62,018 bases of DNA from a virus (IMGVR_UViG_3300035228_000644:1-62018); one strand, 5' to 3'; counted from the stretch's first letter, positions 18,033 to 28,355 are shown. Program-made: numbers and translations. Notes: generated by a model not told the origin, from the sequence alone.

Positions 18033-19427
18033 TCACATGAGGTTCGAAACCTGCACACGACGGTAGTAACGGTTGGAGTTGGCGGTAAGAGCACCCGAAC
18101 CCTGTGTGAGACCTTGTGAGAAGGGGTTTGAGACCATGCCGTAGCGAGTCTTGAAACCGATCTTCGGAGTGAAGGTGTCAGGATTGATTGCACGAACCTG
18201 CTGCAGAGGAACGTATGGGCAGTAGAACAGTCCAGCATCAAATGCATTAGCTCCCTTATAACCAGCAACGTAGAAGTGCTTGTCACTTACGTTAGCAGAG
18301 TAAGGATCAACATAGACCTTGATCTTACCGTTGAGAGTACCAACCAGTGTGCTGGAGGTATCATCAACACCTGTCAGGGCGTTGTTGCCTTGGAGAGCAG
18401 GGGTGTAGTCAAGAACACCAGCCATACCCAGTGCAGAAGCAACGTCGGCAGAACAGATCAGGATGTTGCCTTTCCCGCGACGAGTTTGCTGACCAATAGC
18501 GTTAGCATCGCGCTCAATCTGGAACAGAAGTCCTTTGAACTTCTCAACAGACCAACGACCGTTGCTGTCAACGTCAAGGTCAAAGATACCAGCGTTAGCG
18601 GTATTGTTCTGAGCACCAGCGACAGCGTTGACGTAGATTGTACGAACAACTTCACGGTTGATTTCAGCAAGAATTTCTGTGCTGAGGATGTTGGCGAGTT
18701 CTTGCTCGGCATCCAAACCATGAATCGCCTTCAAATCCTGAGCAAGCTCAAGGCTGTACTCGGCCTTCAGGGCGCGTGACTTGGCAGTAACACTAACCTT
18801 CTCGATGGAGAAACCCATCTCACGGAAAGCGGTAGATGCAGCACCATCGTTAAGTGCTTCGGCAGTGGCTGTAGCCATGCCAGTACCGTCTCCAGTCTGC
18901 TCATAGGTTCCAGCGGGGGAATCATTCAGGAGACCAGGGTTAGCGCCTTGGGCGTCGTTTGTGGCATCAGAGGCGTTGGTATCGTAGTTGCTAAGACCTG
19001 TACCAGCACCACCAGAGAAACCAGCGTTGGGCTCATTGAACATCGCTTCTCTGTAATCGCCAGAAGCAGGGCTACGCTCAGAACCATACTGAGTACGCAT
19101 TGCGAAGATCAGTCCAGTAGGACCAGTCATCGGTTGAACGCCTGCAACGTCATAGGCGATCAGTGAAGGCATGGAACGACGGATCAAGCTGATCAGCACA
19201 GGATCGAAACCTGCGTTAGGACCAGTTGCAGTCGCACCGCCACCGAAACCACCTGTACCAGAGGTAGCAAGAGTTTCGTTAAGCATTTGAGCTTCTTCTG
19301 TAGTAGCTCTTTCTTGGTTTTCTAGGAGTTGAGCAACGACGCCACGCTTGTGAGAATCAGTAATCTCGGGACAAGAATCGTGATTCAGGACGGGTGCCCA
19401 CTTCTCCTGGAGTTGTTTAATAGACAT
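18033..19427 (-). CDS. gp23: major capsid protein gp23
   Basis: LQEKWAPVL, FDPVLISLIRR, GVQPMTGPTGLIFAMR, AGLFYCPYVPL, KIGFKTRYG. Confidence 0.99.
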   Translation of the reverse strand: MSIKQLQEKWAPVLNHDSCPEITDSHKRGVVAQLLENQERATTEEAQMLNETLATSGTGGFGGGATATGPNAGFDPVLISLIRRSMPSLIAYDVAGVQPMTGPTGLIFAMRTQYGSERSPASGDYREAMFNEPNAGFSGGAGTGLSNYDTNASDATNDAQGANPGLLNDSPAGTYEQTGDGTGMATATAEALNDGAASTAFREMGFSIEKVSVTAKSRALKAEYSLELAQDLKAIHGLDAEQELANILSTEILAEINREVVRTIYVNAVAGAQNNTANAGIFDLDVDSNGRWSVEKFKGLLFQIERDANAIGQQTRRGKGNILICSADVASALGMAGVLDYTPALQGNNALTGVDDTSSTLVGTLNGKIKVYVDPYSANVSDKHFYVAGYKGANAFDAGLFYCPYVPLQQVRAINPDTFTPKIGFKTRYGMVSNPFSQGLTQGSGALTANSNRYYRRVQVSNLM

Positions 19428-19459
19428 TTTAGTTTCCAGTTTTAGTAGTTAGGGTTAAA

Positions 19460-20476
19460 TTATTTGGACCAGCGAGCAAGGGCATCAACGTATTTCGACA
19501 TTGAACCGCTCGTGGTGTCTTCGACAAGGGGTGCCGAAACTTCTTCGGTGGGTTCAACTGCATGAGCAGTCTCAGCCTTTCTAGTGAAGTAGGATTCCTT
19601 AATCGTATTGACCTTATTTCTAAAGTCATCTTCAGTTTCAAACTCAACACCCTCGGCTAAAGATGCAAGCTTCTCCTTTTGGGTTTCAGCAAGACCAGTA
19701 GCACATTCGTTCACAATTTCCATTTTTACAAACTCGCCAATTCTCTTATTCAAGGAGATGTTAGCGTCGATTTGCTCGTTGAGTTTAGCTTCCATATCAT
19801 CAATTTCTTCAACCATGCCATCAAGCATGTTGAACTTTTCTTCGGGCACCGTAAAGTTGTGCTCTAGGAAAAGACCTTTTAGGCCAGAGAAGAATGACTC
19901 TGCCATCTCAGTTTTAATACCATGCTCGATCTGGAGGGAGTTCTCCTTCATCCAAGATTCTGCAGCATATGAGAGATAGTCATCAACCTTCTCGGCCAAT
20001 TCTGTTTGAATCTTTTCAACTTCTTCAGTTAAGGTAGATTCAAATGCTTCTGTCAACGCTTCAACTTCTCTATTAACACGACTGGTTACAGCTGCTTCAA
20101 AGATAGTTGTTGCTTTTACACGGAACTCTTCTGAGAGTCCTTCACCAGCGACAAGAGCGTCAACATCTTCAGTAAAGTCGAGGTCGGTTTCAGCGATGAT
20201 TTCTTCTTCACTTTCCGTTTCCTCCGTCTTAGCAGATGCGTCACTGGGTTTTGTGGAAGGAACGGGTGCCTTACTTACTGCCTTAGCAGCAGAAGCGCCT
20301 GCGTTCTTGGTGCCCTTAGCACCTTCTTCCGAGTCCGAAGTAACAGTTACCACTTTCTGCGACTCATCTTTGAGTGCAGTTTTTTCGCCAGGTTTAGCGT
20401 CTTTGGTAACTACGTTGGAACCTTCGGTCACTTGGTCCATATTATCTAACTCTTTATCGAGTGAGGTCTCAGCCAT
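19460..20476 (-). CDS. gp22: prohead core scaffold protein gp22
   Basis: Acidic coiled coil with LSEEF..KATTIFEAAV; lies between gp21 and gp23. Confidence 0.93.
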   Translation of the reverse strand: MAETSLDKELDNMDQVTEGSNVVTKDAKPGEKTALKDESQKVVTVTSDSEEGAKGTKNAGASAAKAVSKAPVPSTKPSDASAKTEETESEEEIIAETDLDFTEDVDALVAGEGLSEEFRVKATTIFEAAVTSRVNREVEALTEAFESTLTEEVEKIQTELAEKVDDYLSYAAESWMKENSLQIEHGIKTEMAESFFSGLKGLFLEHNFTVPEEKFNMLDGMVEEIDDMEAKLNEQIDANISLNKRIGEFVKMEIVNECATGLAETQKEKLASLAEGVEFETEDDFRNKVNTIKESYFTRKAETAHAVEPTEEVSAPLVEDTTSGSMSKYVDALARWSK

Positions 20477-20514
20477 TTGTTTGAACTCCGTTATGCATTA
20501 GCGTTGTCTTTATT

Positions 20515-20522
20515 TATTTATA
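20515..20522 (-). promoter_or_regulatory. T4 late promoter TATAAATA
   Basis: Perfect consensus upstream of gp22. Confidence 0.8.
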
Positions 20523-20524
20523 AT

Positions 20525-21169
20525 TCACAGACTCTTTAAAAATACTGCAAACGCGGAGATTTTACGCTCCTGCAGATTGATAAGGGTTGCTTTATCAATT
20601 TTTTGTTTGATTTGAGCAATAGCAGACTCTTTAAGGATGCCATTATCCCAAACCCATTCCTTTCCTTCCATAATACCGTCAACAAATGCATCGGGAGCAG
20701 AAGGATCTGCTACAATATCAGCAGCAGTAGCAAGCATAAAGTCATCTGCGACGACATTACAACCTTCTTTTTTAACTAAAGAACCCATGCCTCTAGAAGA
20801 AACGCCAAGACTGACGCCTTCAGAAAGAAGATTCTTCGCAATATTACCCATGGGAGTATCAAGAATTTTTGCTCTACCAATGAAGTTGTTTCCATCTTCT
20901 TTGAGAGATTCGATCTTATGCGACACTCTATCAAGATTGATAGAAGGACCATCGGGGTGACCTAATTCTCCAAGGGCACGCCCCTTTTGAATGTAGTTCT
21001 CGCTGTATTTAGCAACTTCGCGTTGTAAAGTCGGTAACTTATACATGCGACCATTGCGGTTTTGCAGTTCTGCCTGCAAGAAGATACCTTCGATGAAGTA
21101 ATTCTTCTTTCCTTCATTCTCTTCACAGAGAAAATTTACTTGAGTAATTTCTTCAGCTATCAGTTTCAT
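20525..21169 (-). CDS. gp21: prohead protease gp21
   Basis: IEGIFLQ, NRNGRMY, ALGELGHP, GVSSRGMGS, DIVADPSAPDA; start set at MKLIAEE (21169). Confidence 0.96.
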   Translation of the reverse strand: MKLIAEEITQVNFLCEENEGKKNYFIEGIFLQAELQNRNGRMYKLPTLQREVAKYSENYIQKGRALGELGHPDGPSINLDRVSHKIESLKEDGNNFIGRAKILDTPMGNIAKNLLSEGVSLGVSSRGMGSLVKKEGCNVVADDFMLATAADIVADPSAPDAFVDGIMEGKEWVWDNGILKESAIAQIKQKIDKATLINLQERKISAFAVFLKSL

Positions 21170-21479
21170 TTTCTTCTGGGGTTTCTTCTGTTTGTTCTTC
21201 GGCAGATGCCTCGGTAGCGGGAGGTTCGTGTGGTTGACGTTCATCAACTTCTACATTTTCCACATCACCTGTATCAGGTAAACTATCTGCAATTTCATCT
21301 GCAGAATCCTGAGCAGTATCATCTAATTCAAATCCCATACTTTTTGCAAAATCAATCTTGCGCTGTTGGATAGCATCAAAAGATGCAGCACCTAAAGCAT
21401 CATTAATAGAATCAATTGCAGATGATTTATCGTCGCTAAAGATTTGTTTTACAATATTTTGTGAAATTTCGCTAGGCAT
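21153..21479 (-). CDS. acidic prohead core protein (gp67/gp68-position analogue)
   Basis: Very acidic 108-aa ORF between portal and protease; TAAATA box at 21501-21507. Confidence 0.65.
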   Translation of the reverse strand: MPSEISQNIVKQIFSDDKSSAIDSINDALGAASFDAIQQRKIDFAKSMGFELDDTAQDSADEIADSLPDTGDVENVEVDERQPHEPPATEASAEEQTEETPEENETDS

Positions 21480-21512
21480 AATAATGTTCCCACTATATAA
21501 TATTTAGTCTAT

Positions 21513-23120
21513 TTAAAATTCACCCCTACGGGCATCACTTGGTTCAACTGCGGATTCTTCATTAGGTGCTACTTCTGCTGGTGGTGCTCCTCCACCTCCA
21601 TTGCCAGCAGCCATAGCGGGATCCATTTCCGCATTAGGATCAGCAATAATACCTGATTCCATCTCATCAGCGATTTGCTCATCAATCTCTTTAATCTCTA
21701 CATCGGTTTGTTTTAGAACCTGACGACGAATAAAGTCTACTGAGAAATACTTCCCAACATAAGGATCCATAACGTTTACTTGATTCATACGCTCATTACG
21801 AATCTCAAGTTCTTTGAGTTCTGTGAAGTAATTATCGGCAATGAAATCAAACTGAATATGGTTCTTCAGATCTTCCCATTCTTCAATGGACATAATGCCC
21901 TTAAGAATGAGTTGTGTTTTTAAAAGATCTGTGAAGAGTTCAGAGAAACGCTTGCGAAGACGAGCGATAAACTTCTGGAACTTAACTTCATCTCTAGTAA
22001 TTTCAGCAGCACGACCAATGTTAAATGTGGTCTCTGTTTCTAAACGGGAACCAGGAACATTGAGTGACTTATAAAGTTTCTTCTGGAAATACTTTACATC
22101 CTCAAGTTCGCCAAGATTCTGCCCACCAGGAAGTGTGGAGATTTCAGTACCTCTACCACCTTCTCTACGTGGTAACCAGAAGTCTTCCATCATGGACATA
22201 AACTTCTTGTCGTCTTTAATCTCACCAGTATTTGAATCATAAACCATCTTGTTACGATAGCGACCCATAACTTCGCGAAGATATTGCTCCGCTTTGTTCT
22301 TAGGGAGATTACCAACATCAATGTAGAAAATTCTACGCTCAGGTGCTCTACTTAAACGATAGATAACCAGAGAATCTTCAATCATTCTCAGTTGGTTGAC
22401 TGCCTTAATCGCCTTATGCAGATGACTAAGAGTCATGTTTTTGTTCAGGTCTTGAATACCTGAGTGACAATAAGTGATAGAATCAGTAGTAATCTTCATA
22501 CCCTGATTAGTCGAGTTCTTCAACCCCTTTGGATTGTATAAGAAATACTCTGCTGATTTTTGTGTGAGTTGAGTATTGAGATCTACACCACGTAGTTGCT
22601 CTGGACGTTTTTGCTCATACTCAGTTACCTTGCGAATCTTGCGAGGATCGATATATCTAAGTTCTGTTAGACCACCATTAGGATCTTTGGGGTCAATTAC
22701 TTTATGATAAAATAATCTTCCATCAACATACCAACGACGGAAGATTTCATATGAACGATTTTCAAAATCTAAGAGACGAAGAACTTCATCAAATTCCTCT
22801 CTCATAAGTTTTTTAATTTTATCCGACACCTTGAGATTAGAAAGTTCTAACTCAACTGGAACATCGTCAAAGTTTCCACAAATAGTCTCATTGACGATAT
22901 CATCAACTGCACTATCACACTCTGGTTGCATCACCATCTCTCTATATCGAGTGATGAGTTCATAATCATTACGAATTGATCCATCAAAATCGACAGAATA
23001 TCCGTAGTATCCGCCACCTACAATAGGTTGCGAACCATCCATTTTGTCTTTCTGAACAAAAGAAGGCCCCTTAGGGACCTTCTTCGCTCTTTCAAGTGAA
23101 AATCCGAAGAGCTGTGACAT
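21513..23120 (-). CDS. gp20: portal vertex protein gp20
   Basis: FRRWYVDGRL, YRLSRAPERRIFYIDVGNLPK.KAEQYL, EDFWLPRREGGRGTEI. Confidence 0.98.
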   Translation of the reverse strand: MSQLFGFSLERAKKVPKGPSFVQKDKMDGSQPIVGGGYYGYSVDFDGSIRNDYELITRYREMVMQPECDSAVDDIVNETICGNFDDVPVELELSNLKVSDKIKKLMREEFDEVLRLLDFENRSYEIFRRWYVDGRLFYHKVIDPKDPNGGLTELRYIDPRKIRKVTEYEQKRPEQLRGVDLNTQLTQKSAEYFLYNPKGLKNSTNQGMKITTDSITYCHSGIQDLNKNMTLSHLHKAIKAVNQLRMIEDSLVIYRLSRAPERRIFYIDVGNLPKNKAEQYLREVMGRYRNKMVYDSNTGEIKDDKKFMSMMEDFWLPRREGGRGTEISTLPGGQNLGELEDVKYFQKKLYKSLNVPGSRLETETTFNIGRAAEITRDEVKFQKFIARLRKRFSELFTDLLKTQLILKGIMSIEEWEDLKNHIQFDFIADNYFTELKELEIRNERMNQVNVMDPYVGKYFSVDFIRRQVLKQTDVEIKEIDEQIADEMESGIIADPNAEMDPAMAAGNGGGGAPPAEVAPNEESAVEPSDARRGEF

Positions 23121-23148
23121 TATAATCTTAAGTTAACTGATCCTGATC

Positions 23149-23155
23149 TATTTAT
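23149..23155 (-). promoter_or_regulatory. late promoter (ATAAATA)
   Basis: Upstream of gp20. Confidence 0.65.
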
Positions 23156-23754
23156 CAGGTATCGGCATCCTTATCTTTCTTGGAATCTAAAGGAGTCCAG
23201 TATTGAACTTGGAGTTCAACTGTAAACTCTTCAATAGAATCGTTGTTACCGAAATCAAGATCGATAGCAGCAATATTACTGGGGAATACATTGTAGAATT
23301 TGTAGGACTTAAGAACTTTGGGTTTCTTGCCACTCTTCAAATCGCGTGCTAATTGATGAACTTTCATATCAGCAAAGTAACCGCTACTGTCGTCACGATT
23401 CCCAAGACCACCAGCAGAAGTAAAGTTTTCGTTGTATGCCTGAATACTAGAAGACCAGAGTTCAAATGCGCTGCGAAGAATAAACTTGCTGTCGTTTTGA
23501 ATTGTAATCGTCCAAGGTTCGAAAGTTCTATCTCCTGCAATCTTCAGGACTCTTCCTCTAAAAGGAACTTCAATAACACCAATCTGTGAAGAAGGAAGAT
23601 TTGCTGCACGAACAGTAAACTTACCTAGTTTAACAGCGTCAGCATTGTCAATGATTCCTGAGGGGAAAGCGATATCTACTTGGAATAAATTGGGTCTTGC
23701 AAAATCAGATGTGACATTTGCTTTAAAAGCGTCAATTGTTCCTCTTACTGCCAT
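23155..23754 (-). CDS. gp19: tail tube protein gp19
   Basis: ARPNLFQV, VPFRGR.LKIAGDRTFEPW, IEEFTVELQVQYW. Confidence 0.96.
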   Translation of the reverse strand: MAVRGTIDAFKANVTSDFARPNLFQVDIAFPSGIIDNADAVKLGKFTVRAANLPSSQIGVIEVPFRGRVLKIAGDRTFEPWTITIQNDSKFILRSAFELWSSSIQAYNENFTSAGGLGNRDDSSGYFADMKVHQLARDLKSGKKPKVLKSYKFYNVFPSNIAAIDLDFGNNDSIEEFTVELQVQYWTPLDSKKDKDADT

Positions 23755-23780
23755 GAGTTAATACCTGTACTCGTCACATA

Positions 23781-23787
23781 TATTTAG
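23781..23787 (-). promoter_or_regulatory. late promoter (CTAAATA)
   Basis: Upstream of gp19, just after the gp18 terminator. Confidence 0.6.
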
Positions 23788-23807
23788 ACTAATTGATATT
23801 TTCAGAC

Positions 23808-23832
23808 AAAAAAAGAGACCCCGTAGGGTCTC
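23808..23832 (-). terminator. intrinsic terminator after gp18
   Basis: GAGACCC-TACG-GGGTCTC followed by T7. Confidence 0.85.
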
Positions 23833-23852
23833 AGAAGAATGTTAATATCTAA

Positions 23853-26102
23853 TCAATTAGCGACTTCAGTAAACGAAACACCAGTTCTTGTTGCGGTGAA
23901 TGTCAGTGAAATGTAGTTGATAGTACGTGTTGGTTTTACATAGATTTCTGCATAAAACTCACCACGATCAACTGATTCAGGTGGGTTGTTGTCGCTATCG
24001 CACTTGACCAAGAAGTCAGTTACACCACGACGACCTTGAACTTCACGCATGTAAGGTTCAACGATGTTCACAAACAAGGAACGTTGTGCCTCGTCATTCT
24101 GTTCAAACAGTTGTGCCTTAGCAGCACCACCAATAACACGTTCGATAGTCAAGAACAAACGGCGAACGTTGATACGATCAAATGCTGATGCAAAAGATTG
24201 TGCAGTCTTATCACCATAAAGGACTACGCCTTGACCAGGGAAAGAAACAATTGGATTGACACGAGCAGAATACAAACGGTCACGTTGAAGTTTGTTAGGA
24301 GTATATGCAAGTTTGATTGCATTTCTCAATGTACCACGTTGGAAACCAGCAGGAGAGAACCAAGGTTCTGCAACTTCAGTTGTCTGTAGGCAAAGTCCAG
24401 CAACGTCACCGTTACATGGGACATAGCGATAGACATCATTGTACTTATCGTAGATATACTTATAACCAGAATCAAAGACAATGTAAGAACTAGATGGCAG
24501 TTTATCAAAGAAATCGATAATATTATCTGTTGCCGAAGATGCGTTAGCAACACCAATTACATTAGCACGACGAGGAGATACAAACAAGATGCAGTCACGG
24601 CGCTCTTCAACAATGTTTGCCAAAGATGTGACCTTAGCTAGTGCTGCTGAATCATCAGGACCAGAAGGACCAGTCAGGAAGAAGTCAACAGTTTGGGACT
24701 CAGGATCAGACAGCAGTTCGTATGCAGTTGCAACATCAATATTGCTAATTGTGTAATTACCACCACCAACTGCGTAGTCAGCACCACTCTCAAGACGATA
24801 GTAGAAAGTAGCGTTGTTAATAGAACCTACAGTTGTACGACCTTCAGGATATGAAACCGAACCAGCAGATGAACGGAGTAAGTTGAACTGACGTGCGTTA
24901 GCAGCTAATCCCCAGTTACCAGCAGCAGCAGAAGCGGTAGCATTAAATACTCCAGTCTCGTGCTCACCCCAGAAGATGTACTGGGAGCGTTGCTTAATTA
25001 CATTAGTATAGAAGTTAGTCTCACCAACAGAAGTTTTAGCATCCGATGCCTTAGAAACACCAGTGAAACGCTCAAGCAGAGCACCAGTTGTTCCAGTAAT
25101 TCCACCATCGATGTCAACAACGACAACATGCAGTTCATCACGGAATCCACCTGCATTAGTTGCAAAGAGTGAAGTACCAGGACGAGGAGCAACGTTTACC
25201 CATTTTACACCAGGAAGATACTCACGCTCATCATATTCGTTACGGACACTAGTGACTGCAATTGCAGTGGAGTTGGTATCAGCAACACTGTCAGCAGCGG
25301 CGAAGGCAATGCTACCTTTATCTAAACCAACGTACAGACGACGCTCAATAGTTGTATTGATGGCAGCAGTATTAGCTCCTTGAGTAATTACTTGACCATC
25401 AGCAAGAATACCAGTGACACCACCACCAGGAAGACCAATTTCAAGTTTGTTGTTAGCAGGATCCCAAGCGAGAACGGTAACAGTTTCATCAGAACCAGAA
25501 ATACTAATAGTTGTAGTTGCACCAGGAACAAAGTCGCCAACAATAGTGTCGACAGTAAGAACAATGCTATACTTAAAAACTTTACCAGCGGCACCTGATG
25601 CTGCAGCAACTACTTCATCAGCAACAAACTCATGCTCGTTACCCGAACCAGGAGCAGGGAGAACTGCAATCTGGTCAGCACCAGCGTCTGTTACAAAAAT
25701 ACCGATGGAATTTCCTTTTGATCCAGGAGTTTGTGCTGCCCACGAGAAACCGTTATTTGCGGTCTCAATATTAGTCTCATAATCATCAAGATTTTTAATT
25801 AGAGGAGCACTGCCTGTGTTAACAGCGTTCTTAAGGTTGGTTGAAGAAACGCGAACAGTTTTTAGGACACCACCATAACCCAAGAACTGAGAAGCAGTAT
25901 ACCAATACTCATAGTTATTTTCGTTTGGTTTGCCAAAAACTTCAGCAAGTTCTCTCTCTGAAGAAATATTTACAATTTCTTCTACGGGACCCTGTTCAAA
26001 AGGTGCTGCAAGTACGCCAACATTTGCAGTTGATAGTGAGGTAATAGTCGTCAGGTCTCTTTCCTGAATGACTACACCTGGCGATGATTGATTGACTGCC
26101 AT
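23853..26102 (-). CDS. gp18: tail sheath protein gp18
   Basis: SPGVVIQERD, PWFSPAG..RG, FDRINVRRLF, KPTRTINYI. Confidence 0.97.
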   Translation of the reverse strand: MAVNQSSPGVVIQERDLTTITSLSTANVGVLAAPFEQGPVEEIVNISSERELAEVFGKPNENNYEYWYTASQFLGYGGVLKTVRVSSTNLKNAVNTGSAPLIKNLDDYETNIETANNGFSWAAQTPGSKGNSIGIFVTDAGADQIAVLPAPGSGNEHEFVADEVVAAASGAAGKVFKYSIVLTVDTIVGDFVPGATTTISISGSDETVTVLAWDPANNKLEIGLPGGGVTGILADGQVITQGANTAAINTTIERRLYVGLDKGSIAFAAADSVADTNSTAIAVTSVRNEYDEREYLPGVKWVNVAPRPGTSLFATNAGGFRDELHVVVVDIDGGITGTTGALLERFTGVSKASDAKTSVGETNFYTNVIKQRSQYIFWGEHETGVFNATASAAAGNWGLAANARQFNLLRSSAGSVSYPEGRTTVGSINNATFYYRLESGADYAVGGGNYTISNIDVATAYELLSDPESQTVDFFLTGPSGPDDSAALAKVTSLANIVEERRDCILFVSPRRANVIGVANASSATDNIIDFFDKLPSSSYIVFDSGYKYIYDKYNDVYRYVPCNGDVAGLCLQTTEVAEPWFSPAGFQRGTLRNAIKLAYTPNKLQRDRLYSARVNPIVSFPGQGVVLYGDKTAQSFASAFDRINVRRLFLTIERVIGGAAKAQLFEQNDEAQRSLFVNIVEPYMREVQGRRGVTDFLVKCDSDNNPPESVDRGEFYAEIYVKPTRTINYISLTFTATRTGVSFTEVAN

Positions 26103-26145
26103 TGTTTAAGTCTCCTTGTAATTCCAACATCGGGTTGTCTAAGAT

Positions 26146-26153
26146 TATTTATA
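26146..26153 (-). promoter_or_regulatory. T4 late promoter TATAAATA
   Basis: Perfect consensus upstream of gp18. Confidence 0.8.
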
Positions 26154-26164
26154 TTTTTGAAAAC

Positions 26165-27814
26165 TCACTGGAACTCCCACATGTACGATCTATCACCATA
26201 TTCCGCGATCTCCCACCGCTCTCCCTGAGCATCAATAATATGATCATCATCCAATCCATCTGACATAAATCCAAATGGTGCCATATCTTGTTCGATATTT
26301 TCTCTTTGGTCATCATAGATGCGTTGTCTCACATCATTATCGTGCATCTGCTTAAAGTATTCCTGCATCGCCATCCAGGCAAAGATAACTAAACACATTG
26401 CAAGATCATCGTTACAACCATCTTCAGCAGAAAAGGATTGCCCTTTAACTATGAATGTAGTTAGTTCTGCAATTGTATCGTAGTCTGAAATGATAAGTTT
26501 GTCTTCTTCAATCAATGCTTTAAGATTTGAGCATCCAACCTGTTTTACAGCAGTGGACATCTTGACACCCAATTGCGTCTTCTTACCAGAGAATCCTTGA
26601 CCTAGTTGTTGTCCTGCACGACCGCGCATTGCTACCATCAAAAGATTTTCATACTCTAAATCAAACTGAATGATATCTGCAACCTGTCCGCCAATATCAT
26701 TTACTTCACATAAAATATATGCATGGTTATAATTTCTTGCTACATCTATAATAACATTGGGGAAGATAATGGGTTTGATTTCATTATTTCTATATCTAGC
26801 AACCATTTCGTATGGCACTGTAGTAGTATCCATAACACAGAATGCTGAATAATCTTGACTTGTACCACGAGCAACGTCAACCGTTACGATGTAATTATGC
26901 TCAGGTTCAACACGTTTGTAGATAGCAAGACCTTTATTTTGTGCAATGGGATCCGCATACGGCATCGTCCTCAACTTACTTGGAGCAATCAATGTATCAA
27001 CAGAACCAAGGAACTCACATTCAAACTCAACCTTGAACTGTTGTTCTGAAGTGTTCTTAATAGTCTGTTCTTTCCATGCAGCATCTCTACCAGGAACAGC
27101 AGACCAATGAACTTCTGTTGGTATATATTCGTTCTTACCAAGTTCTGCATCGTGCCATAACTTATAGAACATGTTCATCCCATGTGGCGTGGAGATGATG
27201 ATTACCTTTGTGCTTTTACCAGAAGATATAGTAGGATAGACAGATGAAAAGAACTGATCAGCAATGTGGTTCGGAACAAACGCGAATTCGTCCAGAAAAA
27301 TGACATTAAAAGACATGCCCCTGACGGCACTAGAACTAGTAGAGGCAGCCATGATTTTGCTGCCATTCTCCAGTTCCAGACTGCCCCTGTTCCATTGGAG
27401 GATTCCTTGCTGGAGCCATTTGGGGAGGTTTTCATAACTCAGTTGTAATCTCTGCAGCATCTCACGCGAGGTTGCTGCTTTGTTTGCTAGGATAGCGACA
27501 TTGACATTCGCATTAAAAAGTACATACCAAAGAAGGTATGAAGTAACGATAGTAGACTTACCAGACTGACGAGGTAACTTTGCAATATTAAATCTTTTGT
27601 CGTGAAACTTCCTAGTCATTTCAACCTGAAAGTCATACATGTCAAAAGGAATCAAACCCTTATCCAGAGAAACAATTTTAATATATGTCTGGATGAAATA
27701 TACAGGATCATCTGCACACTTAATATACTCCTGAACTTCGTCTGGAGTAAAGTTTGTAGCGACGTTTGCTTTCTTTAGATTGGGATTACCAAGATACTGT
27801 TCGGTTGTACTCAT
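26165..27814 (-). CDS. gp17: terminase large subunit gp17
   Basis: YLGNPNLKK, PRQSGKS, IFLDEFAF, nuclease VDVARG...DYS and DDLAM. Confidence 0.98.
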   Translation of the reverse strand: MSTTEQYLGNPNLKKANVATNFTPDEVQEYIKCADDPVYFIQTYIKIVSLDKGLIPFDMYDFQVEMTRKFHDKRFNIAKLPRQSGKSTIVTSYLLWYVLFNANVNVAILANKAATSREMLQRLQLSYENLPKWLQQGILQWNRGSLELENGSKIMAASTSSSAVRGMSFNVIFLDEFAFVPNHIADQFFSSVYPTISSGKSTKVIIISTPHGMNMFYKLWHDAELGKNEYIPTEVHWSAVPGRDAAWKEQTIKNTSEQQFKVEFECEFLGSVDTLIAPSKLRTMPYADPIAQNKGLAIYKRVEPEHNYIVTVDVARGTSQDYSAFCVMDTTTVPYEMVARYRNNEIKPIIFPNVIIDVARNYNHAYILCEVNDIGGQVADIIQFDLEYENLLMVAMRGRAGQQLGQGFSGKKTQLGVKMSTAVKQVGCSNLKALIEEDKLIISDYDTIAELTTFIVKGQSFSAEDGCNDDLAMCLVIFAWMAMQEYFKQMHDNDVRQRIYDDQRENIEQDMAPFGFMSDGLDDDHIIDAQGERWEIAEYGDRSYMWEFQ

Positions 27815-27897
27815 TTGTTATTCTTCACAGACCAACTCATTTCCATTCCTATTGTAAGCAATATCACAAATCCAAAAACAAATAAACCACTCATCAT
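27811..27897 (-). CDS. putative micro membrane protein (28 aa)
   Basis: MMSGLFVFGFVILLTIGMEMSWSVKNNK; ATGA overlaps at both ends. Confidence 0.5.
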   Translation of the reverse strand: MMSGLFVFGFVILLTIGMEMSWSVKNNK

Positions 27898-28355
27898 TCT
27901 ACCAGTGTCCCATGCTCTCTACGAATCTCTTTCAGTGCTTCAAGGTTCATATCCTTGGTGCCACCATCATATGCGTGAGCATATCCTTCGGTGATCATCA
28001 ATTCATTGAGGGAAGTTTCTTGATCTCCGATGTAAAGCCATCCAAGGAGTCTGCCATATTTGCCCATTCCACCAACAAGCTCAGTTCTGATAACAAGATC
28101 TTCTTCTCCAGCAATTGCTGAGTTAAGATGTTCTTTAATCCAATTTGTTGCGTCAATTCCAAGTGCTTTCTCCTCTAAATTTCTTGTTCTTTTTTCTGGC
28201 GTATCAACGCCTGCAACTCTAACTCTTTCTTTCTTGAATAAATCAAACCCAAGGTCAATAGTGACATCGATAGTATCACCATCAAGGACACGATTGATCT
28301 CCACTACCCTGAAGTTGTAACAACTTTTCCTGTTTGGTGGTGTCATTGCTCCCAT
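27894..28355 (-). CDS. thermonuclease (SNase)-like endonuclease
   Basis: RVLDGDTID, RVRVAGVDTPE, GKYGRLLG, LNELMITEGYA. Confidence 0.85.
   Translation of the reverse strand: MGAMTPPNRKSCYNFRVVEINRVLDGDTIDVTIDLGFDLFKKERVRVAGVDTPEKRTRNLEEKALGIDATNWIKEHLNSAIAGEEDLVIRTELVGGMGKYGRLLGWLYIGDQETSLNELMITEGYAHAYDGGTKDMNLEALKEIRREHGTLVE

Noticed and set aside
18002-18035. SECIS-like hairpin after the gp23 UGA (GCAGGU apical region at roughly the E. coli fdhF spacing), suggesting selenocysteine read-through
   Set aside because: No bulged U, marine picocyanobacteria are not known to have Sec machinery, gp23 ends at its normal position, and the in-frame extension is featureless
17839-18036. 65-aa ORF starting at a GTGA overlap with the gp23 stop
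   Set aside because: Runs through the strong terminator and has no recognisable features
21170-21247. N-terminal extension of gp21 in the ORF track
   Set aside because: Overlaps the upstream core gene; family similarity begins at MKLIAEE
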